64,000 nucleotides of DNA, from positions 5,704,001 to 5,768,000 of the forward strand of contig CM035359.1 of the NCBI GenBank assembly GCA_020137815.1, read 5' to 3'. Positions 1-10,834 of this stretch are shown piece by piece. A model generated the notes under the pieces. It searched no databases, had not been told where the DNA came from, and saw nothing but the letters and a program-made list of their open reading frames with translations. Source of the stretch: Hormiphora californensis. Its lineage: Eukaryota > Animalia > Ctenophora. Each line of letters begins with the position of its first letter. Positions within the stretch are counted from its first letter, which is position 1. Position numbers and translations under genes: made by a program.

Positions 1-406
1 ATTACTAGATGACTGAAAAGTTTGAAATCGATATCTCAAAAACTGTGGCTACAATCTAAGTTTGTCCAAATAGCCCCAACCTCGGTCTGATTTACATCGT
101 AGATGTACAGCTGGGGCAATGTGGTGTGTCGCGGTCACGTGATTGAATGCGCGTCTTGTGATTGGTGTAGAAGCCACTAGTCCAAATTGCCCCGTGTCTC
201 GCGATCAAAAATATTCCGACTTACCTTCATTAACAAGGTTAATTAGCTATCTAAAAGTTATATTTTCGGTGTAAATTTGTTCTGAGGCTCTAGACAAAGG
301 TTCAGTTGCACAAATTGAGTAGCTAACTAATTGATTAATTAAATAAATGGCTCTTGAAATACCAGTTGAATGTCAAAAGTGGTCCAAATTACCCCGGTAT
401 ACCCTA
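1..406. mobile_element. Right end of a TA-flanked non-autonomous DNA transposon (left end outside the window)
   Basis: Ends in ...GGTCCAAATTACCCCGGTATACCC-TA (381-406). The motif TCCAAATW(G/A)CCCC recurs at ~65, 181 and 383, and inverted at ~113, like subterminal transposase-binding repeats. Only one end is visible. Confidence 0.4.
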
Positions 407-1064
407 CTAAGTAGTAAGTACATTGCTCACTATATCTGTAGTTGTCTCTTTTCAGCACGTGAAGTGCACCCCAGAGGCTGTGAATGGTAACCTAGGTAAC
501 CAAAGGGTAACCTAGGTAACCAAATTCACTGCACTGAATTGTTACTTACGAGTAGTGACAATCTGGTCATAACTTCGGGGATTCTCAAATTTTTCACAAT
601 CTTCAAGGCGGCCCATTTCCCTTGTGCCTTGGGTCCATGAATCTATTCAAAGATGTTGTGTTATGAATTTATTCAACGATATAAACTTACACAAATTGAG
701 AAAGCTCAATTTAGCTAAGCACCAGCATGGTGACCCCACTTACTACGATATAGTTATGTTATTCAAATAAAAATCTTCAAAAGCAAGTGGCTCTATTGGT
801 CGATAAACCGGTTATTGTAGTTTACTGATAAATAAACAAAAGTTTATTAATGTCAGAGACAAGTTATCTAGTAGTTTGGCGTAAATATGGTGTACTATAA
901 TTTCGTATTCAAATTTACTTGATCTTTAGCAACAAGCAAATTGTCCAGGTGCTTGTCTAGGTCTGTTGCATTGTTCCATCTCGTGTGGCGGCCTTTTGAG
1001 CAAGTTCCATGCCCCGCATGAATATATGCAATCCTCTCCCTATATCTCTCTCTCCCTCTCTATA

Positions 1065-1110
1065 CTATGCTTCCACAGAGTTTCTCTCTCTCTCTCTCTC
1101 TCTCTCACTC

Positions 1111-1164
<54 letters not shown>

Positions 1165-1186
1165 TCTCTTTCTCTCTCTCTCTCTC

Positions 1187-1266
<80 letters not shown>

Positions 1267-3076
1267 TCTCCCCACTTTTCCTACCTTAATCCTACTAACA
1301 CAAACACGTGCTCATTTTGGTTTCCGTTCGGGCATTGTACAAACTCTCACACCACCGGGCATGGTACAAACTATAGAGTTTACATATATCACTGCGCTGG
1401 CAAGCGCAAAGGTGGCCCCATCCAACTCCCCGAAAAAATTCCCCCAAAAAACGGCCCGCTTGCTCACAGCGTATATATAGTTATTTCATACTTTTAGCCC
1501 ATTTTGACACTTTTTGACACGCCATAACTCCGGAACCGGATGAGCTAGGAAGCTGAAATTTTGTACTCAGAAGCTTCTTGTAGACATCTATCGATGGTAA
1601 AATTTTCAAGTGGCTAGCTCATTTTGTTCAAAAGTTATAACACCACCCCCAAAACAGAAAATTCAGTGTGGGGATAACTAGGTTGATACATACATAGATA
1701 GATAGATAGATAGATGTATAGACGCTTTATTACCTTCCGTTTGGTCCCAGTTTGAGACGAACCAGACATCGTACGACCTTAAACTAAGCGGCATTCGACA
1801 GATAATTGTCTCGTGCATGTACCCATTTGGGTGGCGACTCTCAATCTTACCTATGACGCGCGCAATGACGTCACGAGTGACGTCATTGCGCGAGATCGAC
1901 TAACTTTTTTCAAACGCCTCTAGCACCCTGAAGACGTGTTCCGATTTCTGATTTGACGAAAAATCGTTACCGGCAAATTGTCTGAACTTTCAGTTACTAT
2001 ATTGCGAATTTTCGTAGCTCATCATTTTGAGGCCTTAAATCGCGTCGGAAGTCAAAAATTTGACGAAAAATTCAGTAAAATGAACGTTTTTCGAGCAAAA
2101 ACTCCCTTTCCTGACCACTGTGGTCAATGATACTTTACAAGCTCCTTCAGGGTATTCATTCAAAATATATTGTGATGCAATTACGTCGTTACGACGTCAC
2201 TAATTACGTTAGATGACGTCATAATGATGTCAAAATTACGATTTTCACAGAAATTCGTCTCGTTTCTCATATAACACATCATTTTGACAATTTTACATCA
2301 TGAAATAATGTCATACTGACATTAGAAACCAAAAAGGGACCTAAATTAAGCCAAAAACTAATTGGAATTAGTTGGCGGGAAAGGTGGCCCACTTACACCT
2401 TTGCCTGATGCCGGGTTTTATTTTAAAATGTATCAGGGATATAAGAGGTGAGTGAAATAGAGAAAGAGAAAGGGTGAGAGAGAGAGAGAGAGATTGAGAT
2501 ACCGACGTGACGTGAAGAGAATGACAGTTCGTGGTACCCGGTAGCAGCAAAAGGTGTAAGTGGGCCACCTTTCCCGCCAACTAATTCCAATTAGTTTTTG
2601 GCTTAATCACACACCACACTAAAGTTGTGTTTAGTTCCATTTCTGTTTAGTTCCATTGAGTTTGGGTACGTAGTTTTTTATCCCATAGTTTACACGTTAC
2701 AATAGAAATATATCCCCGATACGGGAAAATAATAGTTGACATACTTATAAGATAATAACCCTGGTTACTGGATATAAAGTATTTAAACGTCTATGCTTCC
2801 ACAGAGTTTCTCTCTCTCTCCCACTCTTCCTACCTTTCCTACTAACACAAACACACTCATTTTGAATTCCGTTCGTGCGGGCATTGTTCTCCCTATACTT
2901 CTCTTTCCACCACACTAACGTTGTGTGCTAGCATTGACTCTTTCTGTTTAGTTCCATTGAGTTCGGGTAGTTTTCTATCCCATAGTTTACACGTTGCGAT
3001 CGAAATATCCCCGATACGGTTGTCATACTTATAAGATAATAACCCTGGTTACTGGATATATAAAGTATTTAAACGT
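1065..3076 (+). repeat. Tandem duplication of a ~290-bp unit starting CTATGCTTCCACAGAGTT-(CT)n; the first copy has an expanded (CT)n and an inserted element
   Basis: 1065-1350 plus 2608-2790 match 2791-3076 (ctatgcttccacagagtttctctc..., cctactaacacaaacac, gttccattgag, ataagataataaccctggttactggatata, aagtatttaaacgt). Confidence 0.75.
1388..2607 (-). mobile_element. Non-autonomous ~1.2-kb element, copy 1 (Helentron/HINE-like, with a terminal ~260-bp inverted-repeat module)
   Basis: Near-identical to 16029-17239. Sub-terminal inverted motif AAAGGTGGCCC/GGGCCACCTTT, terminal hairpin TGCGC-TGGCAA-GCGCA, internal (TAGA)n, and a ~58-bp inverted repeat 2345-2402/2550-2607. No ORF. The family assignment is inference. 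Confidence 0.8.
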
Positions 3077-3744
3077 ATTGTGTGCTAGATTTATTTCCTA
3101 AGAGGGAGAAAAACTGCACCATAGGATTTTTGTAGCTGTTAATTTATTTACGACCGAAAAGTATCGAACTATTCAAAAACACAGAAGATCTAGCGGCCTT
3201 TGATAACGCATTGTTTTCACCGCAATACATGATGTTCAAGACTCATGAGTGTGAAAATAGACACATTCCATTCATTTTTCTCTCACTGTCTCACTATCAC
3301 TCCTTCTTTTAATTATCCTTGATCTTGTTGTTCCTTTACTATACCTGCTAAGTAGCATGTGTTTAGTAAAGGAACAGGTAGTACTACCTGCAGTGGCGAT
3401 GTGGCTTTTCCTTTTAATCCAGGAAATGACGCTTGTTCTAGCGGGTGTATCTGCGATTCAAGTAAAACTACTTTTAGAGAGCTAATCTCCCTTCCACATT
3501 CACTCCCCGTTCTTATGTATTCGCTTCACATTTGCTTGATTTCTTGGCGCTTTTCTGTTAGAATAGTGAATACGTATCTTTTGTTTGTATTATTAAAAGA
3601 CAATAGAAGACCTCATCATATTAATCTTCTCTAAAGGAAATCTCCAGACTGTACTTACTTACTCAATGACAATAAATGACAATATTATACCATTTTGTTC
3701 ACCGTTGCGTTGTACACTCATAGTTCATGCTATTTTAGCACCGC

Positions 3745-6700
3745 ATGTGTATGGATTCTAAGTTCATCGCATGCCTCCTAGTCACTCTTCCCCTCCTCGG
3801 CTCATCGCAATACACAATAAATGGAAGGCTAGAGGATTTTGAGTTCAGCAATTACGCCCTTGAACTAGAGATAACTGACACCGAAACACGATTTGGATCC
3901 AACAACCTGACTTACACGACCGCTTTTATCCAATATGTAAATTCGGAAAGCTACGAATACGATATAGTGGATTTTTACCTTACATGGTCTCAGCTGCCGT
4001 ACAGTGGAACTCATTTTCGGGAATTGTACGCGTATTCAGGATTTTATAACGGCCCGTGCCTAATTGGGAAAACCGGTGGAGGGATATTCTCGGTGGACAA
4101 TGTTAACATAAGAACATCTGGAAAATGGCAGATAATGAGTTCTGGTAGATCGGAGTACTTGGAAGTTCTGTACAATGAGCATCTCTTTCTCTCACTCAAC
4201 TTGAGTCAGATAAAGATAGATTGTTCATTTTCGACGAACTGGATTGATTTTCAGGAACCAGTTACAGTGGATCTGTTTTACTTTACTGGCACCTACAGCA
4301 TGGGTAGGAAGTTATTGCAGTCGGACCCTGATTTACCGGGATGCTTGAGGGAAAGGGTTGGGTTTTGCACGGGTTTTGGTAACTAGGGGGCCGCTAAATC
4401 GAGGTTCGACTGTAAAAATCTCCTTTTTATTATCTTCTTGAAGGAGCAAAAGAATCTTTTACTTTGTTTACAATGTTTATTGAAGTAGGTTTGCATTACT
4501 TGGTGACGCAGTCACCCTTACAACTCCCACGCGTAGCAGAGAAGCAGAGAGGTGCCACCAAATATATTACCAACTGTTGACTGTTCTAAAATTTCAGATT
4601 GGTTGTGGCAGGAACGGAGTTCAGAGAACACGGATGCAGTAAGTCTAGCTGATGACGAACCAAGAGTTACAATCACCCAACTTGCAAGCTACAGCTTTCT
4701 GAAGTCAGGTATGTTGCGGATGATCAAACGTGTTCCGAAGCACAAAAGGTCTTGTTTGGAAGCTGAGATTTGAACGTGCGAAAATTCCAAAATCTCAGGG
4801 ACATGATATATTGGCACTTCGATTGCTAAGTATCATATTTTGATTTGAAAAAGGATAAAAATCGATATACCCAATGTTTAGGAGAGACATATGAAAACAA
4901 ACTGGTTATATCTGATTATGATTCAACATGGTGGATTTTTACAAACCTAACGGTTACGCATACAGGTAAGACTACTGTACTACTAAATTTGTCGATCCTC
5001 GTATCTTATTTCTATTAGCCTAATCATTCTGGAAAGCTGCTTCCATGCTAGATCTTAATTCCATTCAGGCGATAAGTACACCGTTGAGTTATCTGGATAC
5101 TCGAATTTGGATGGATCAGGTTTAACGGATAATTTTCCAATACTGCAACAAGAGTTTAACACAACAGTAACTTTGGAGATTGTATTAGGAAAGTTTGATC
5201 TCAAATTTACCCTTGGTAACCAGACAACAACAGTTTTGACTTGGGATACTGGCATAAGCGACATTTATAATGTCCTTGTCACCAGCCTCACTGGCTACAT
5301 TCAAATCGGTAAGTTGAGTTCAGCTGTTGCAAACAAGAAAACGAAACAGGATCTGTACGGATCTGTATACAGATCCGTTGCTGCTCACTTGGTATACCTA
5401 GTGAGCAGCAACTATTTTATGTCCGCTAATTCATTGTTTACTATGGTTACTATGGTTACTATCTTTAACAGATTGGCCGGTTTGTAAAAGTCAAACACAA
5501 AGTGGAACTAAGGTCAACCTTTCTGTTAAAAAAGGTACGTGTTAAAGTAAACACTTAAGTAAAACAGCTAAGTGTTCATAACCATTCTATCAACAGGTAC
5601 AGATATAATTTCGCTCAACAAACCGGTCTCGTCATCGACTCAAAACGTAATCGGCAGGGCATACTCTGTGGTAGATGGTGAGATATCAGGAGAAATCAGT
5701 ACTACACTAAGGTAAGTACCAAGATGGGTATAGATATTGATAGACTTATCATGTGAGTGATTTAATATAATCACTCCATTATACATAATGGAGTGATTAT
5801 TTTATACATCGAAGCAACACATTTTCCATTTCAACTTTTCAATTTCAACAACTAGCGGTCCCGGCCATCCTACGGACATGACTTAGAACTATCTCTCATA
5901 TATTAATGAGGTATAATGTGTTTCTTTTCAGGAAGTATTGCTCACAAGAAGAAACTTACAACTGATGGGAACTACCTCTACATTGATTTACTTGGAATCT
6001 ACAAAGTATACAATATTGTCATCTACCAAAGGTCGCCAACTTCAAACTGTTTCGCGTACACCGACAAATACTTGAACCAGCTTGAGGTAAGCACTGATTT
6101 TTATTTTTAACACACGATACTATATAAGTGAATAGCGAAGAATCTCAATGGGCCTCGATGATGCATTAGAACACAACGTCAGTTATGTGGCCCTGCGACA
6201 TACACGGACTTACATAATATATGTTATTGATTTCAGGTTTTCGTCGTACATAACGGAGAAAAACAACTGTGCGGGATTGTATCAGAGACACAGGCCACCA
6301 GACAAGTCATTGAAATGGAGTGTAGCACAGATGGGTTTTACGGGAATGCAGTGCTACTGAGAGGAAGCAGTATTACAATGTGCGAAGTTTCAGTTTATGG
6401 TAGGTAAAATCCTACTTTGTTTTGTTTAATGACATTTAAACCCTTTTTATTTAACAAATAGCGCAGGGAGAAAGGATCGAGCAAGGCAAGACGCAAGTCC
6501 TACTATCGGTTCGAGAACCCAGTTTGTTTGTATACTACCTTCAACAATCTTGTCCAATGTTTCAGTCCACTCTCATTTTAAGTTTATTTTCATTTAGGAA
6601 TTTCAAGAGATCTTGTGGAGGAATACGACAGTAGTACGGAAAATATACTGCTAGAAAGCGACACTCAGTTGCAGTCATTACAGTGCTCTATCACTGATTC

Positions 6701-9700
6701 GTTCTTAGACGAGCTTTACTTCATGGGAATCAGGGACATGGATTTCACATTATCAGTCGATGGATCCATCGAATTGGGTATGTTTTTTTAGAAAAAGGAT
6801 TTGAAATAGCGTGTATCACAAGCTAGATGTATAAAGTTCCACTTAGATGCAATGGTCGTTAAATTTGAAACACCTCAGATCGATTGTTTCTATTCGCATT
6901 CTAACCATAATTCCCACACTATTATTTAGATGAAAATTGTTCTGATGAGATGCTAGATAATAAAAACCCGTGCTGTAAGTACTAATTATATGGGGTGGGA
7001 GGGTCCAAAGTATAATGATAGCCACTTAAAAAGAGTACCCGAGACGGATTATCAATATATGATTGGGTTACAATGGGTCCCTCTGCCCGAACGCAGAACA
7101 ATACAACCCGTGTATAATTCTTCTGCGTTCCATGCCATCATTCCAATTTCAGTTTGCTGGGATGGAGACCAGAGTTCGTATCGAGGCACCACGAATGTAA
7201 CAATAACTGGTGAACCCTGTCAGGCTTGGTCATCACAGTCGCCTGTTGATCACGACCGTACACCCGAATTGTAAGTGCAGTCAAAAAAGGTCTGAATCAG
7301 TGATTCACACCTCACCGTGTCTAGTGATTGTCCCTTTCACCACTGATGTCTCTAGTGGGTTGTGTAGAATTACAAAAATCGATTTCAGATGGCCTGCTGC
7401 TGGTCTAGTTGAGAATTTTTGCCGAAATCCCGATGGAGAGACAGGGGCATGGTGCTACAGGGATATTACACCTTACAATGAAAATTTTCGATTTGATTAT
7501 TGTGGCGTGCCAACTTGTGAAAATAATCCAAATGGTAAGTCATAATCGTTTACTTGGACTCCAATAGTTGGAGCTCAAGAGGTTATTACCCACGACGATA
7601 TATAATAGGAGCTTAAAAGAAAATCCAGAGACCAACTTTAGAGTTTAATATATTTTAATGAATATAACTGGATTTTTTCAGGGAAGAATGTAAGCTCTCT
7701 AATATTCAACTGGGACGCCAATGTAGCTGCCTCGAATAGGAAAGCAGACGCCTCATGCATTGCAACAGTAGATACGACTAAAAATGGAACGCTCATTTTC
7801 CAAACATCAAAAACTGTTGAACCAGGTTTATTTTTATCAATGCAAGCATCCCAGTAAATCGGGGTCCGACTGTACAAACAACATGTTTCATGCCAAAAAT
7901 TGTCATTGATACATTGAGTTCCCCCATGTAATGGGTTCCTCACTATACTCGCTCAATTATTTTGCTAAAATACTTTCAGAGTCGATCGAGATAAAGTCTG
8001 GACTAAATTCCTATGCCCTGAAAGGCGATGTGAGCAGCATCACGTGCGCTGTTACCTATGATACTTTTGATGAATATTCCAAGTTCGGTATCACGGACTT
8101 GACATTCAACATCAGTCTAAATGGAGAATTTCGGAAAGGTACAGAATTATTACTTTAAATGTGGATAGCAGCAGGACATTTAAAATTTACTTGAAATAAA
8201 ATGCTCGACAATGTTACCTGGAGCTTGGACTAATCGCAACATCTCGTTTCGGTCAGTTTACAAATTAGATAGCATTGAATAACATCAATATTTTGCAGGA
8301 TTTAGCTGTTCTCTGAACTCCGATAAAAACTCTTCGTGCGGTAGGTCAGATTTGCAGTGAAAGTTTTTGAAAAAAATTTACCCCTCTGGTGAGGTGTGAG
8401 CAGAGAATTTAGAAATATATTAGCTATCAAACTACAGTGGGAAACCAATTTACCGGGCGCCCGTGGGCACTCCTAATTCCGATACCAAAACCCTTTCCCC
8501 CCGAGCATCATGGTAAATCGGGGTCCGAATGGACATTGGACCCACGAGCGTATCATCACACTTCTTATCTATCTTCTTATCTATCAAACACTTTTTTCAG
8601 TGTGTTGGGACGAGGATCAAAGTCACTATCGGGGCTACAAGAATGTGACAAAGAATGGCACATCTTGCCAAGATTGGTCCTCCCAATACCCACATACGCA
8701 CGATTTTACACCGGAAAAGTAAGCACACAATTGCTTGTACAGTGTACACCGAATTCAAATTTTCATAAATTATGGTCAATTCATATTAAACTACAATAAC
8801 TGTATAAAGAGTCTTTAATTCTATTGCTTTAATTAATTACAACGAAGTAAAACAACTACGTATTTAATTAATTAGATTGCAAATAACATCATCTTTCAGC
8901 TACCCAACATATGGCCTTGTTGACAACTATTGTAGAAACCCGGACGGGGAAACCGGTGCATGGTGTTACACAACAGATATTAACTACCGTTGGGACTTTT
9001 GCGATGTACCAAACTGCTCGGGGCAAACGAGTAAGTGAAATGCTTGTGTGTTTATGAGGTACGCTCAGTAGGTCCTCATGATGGCATATTAGATACTATC
9101 AATACGCCTCCCCGGACGCCTCCCCGGACCCCGAAAGAAGTTATTGTCCTTGCTTTCAAGTATAATTTTAACATGGTTCTTCATGGCACAGGTTTTAATT
9201 TCTCAAGTGTTTCCTTCGAAAATGAGTATCCCATTGAAGGACGTGTGGAGATATTTTGCTTGGTTAGTGCTTCGCTAGAAGATGGATCAGAGGAGAAAAT
9301 ACTCAGTACCAACGCTATAGTAAATGTTCTAAAACCTGACGGTAAGACACATATTAGACATTTTTAATGTATATTTTGATTGCAGAAAACTCAAAAGCCA
9401 TAAAATGTGTGTTCCACTTGTAAATAACTGATTTATCAGTTATTTACAAGTGGAACACACATTTTATGGCTGGAATCGAAAAGAATTTTTATTATAATAA
9501 AAATTATTTTCGATTCCAGACTTTTCATATGTGATGGAGACCCGAACTTGGGATAACCCTGGACTGGAGGAGGAGTCTATGAAGTGTACCCATGCTCAAT
9601 ACAAACCCGGGGTTTACATGTGTCCTGGTGATAGCGGGGGAGTGTACCAGGTCCTGGATACCTCCGGGGGGACATGCGTATTCGATAAGAAATGTGCAGG

Positions 9701-10773
9701 AGATTATAAGAGTTACCAAGCGTGTGGATGTCCGTTGATATCGATTATAGACACTACTGCAGTAAGTTGTTACATGGTCTGTAAAGATAATAGCTTTACA
9801 GAATTTTGCTATTATATATGTGGCCTAAAACAGCTACCCAAGATTTAATCTGTTAAGTTAGCTGTCATCTAACATCTTCAATTATTGAAATTATGTAATT
9901 CATCAACCATGCGGCTTATGATTTACAATTTTCTATCACAGGAAACGTTGGAGATACAGTCAACTGTCTGTGCGGATTTGGACGGCAACATAATTTCAGT
10001 TTGGACGGATAACTTGTGCGATGGAATTGTAAGAGAGTAATCAATCAAATTTTTAAAACAATGAAATTATCACTAATATATGTTATGCTAATTATACACG
10101 TTCTTGATTGTATAGATATTTAAGAAAACTAATTTACTAAACAGAATACATTATTTCCAGTGTTTGTGTGCAAACTGCGAAGATGAGGAAGGTCCAGACT
10201 GTGAAAAGGATTCATCATCTAAATCAAAAGATGAAGAATTTACCTGCAACGACGTCTACAAAACTACAATATCAATAGACAAAAAGTGTGATGGTAAACC
10301 GAGTTGTAAGAACTCTATGACAACGGTTACCCTTAGTAACAATGACACCCTGACACCCTACAACTATGAAGATGAGTATGGGTGTCACAAGACACCGCTT
10401 CCAGGGAACTACGTGGATTATTGCACCGTGACACCTGCGAGGTAATAAAACAAGCTGAGATCTGATCAAACGACAAGACACAAAAAACGACAAGTATTTT
10501 TATTTGACTTTAATACTCAAAAGTGTCCCATACAACAACAACCTCTATTCACAGCGGCACGGAAATAAACAAATGGCTTCCCCCGGAGAACTACTGTTTC
10601 TCAGACGAGATTTGCAAGGGCTCAACCGACATCGCACAACTTCCATATCATATGTGTACAACGGATTTCGAGGCTTTGGAGTGCACTCTAAATGGAGAGA
10701 GGTAAGGCGAGAGTAGTTCACATATATACTTATAATCTGGTAACAGACAGTGTCATCTTGCGGAGAAGAACAC

Positions 10774-10834
<61 letters not shown>

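Noticed and set aside
966-1497. Poly-LS / poly-ER ORFs here and at other (CT/GA)n tracts
   Set aside because: Translations of microsatellites; no domain content.
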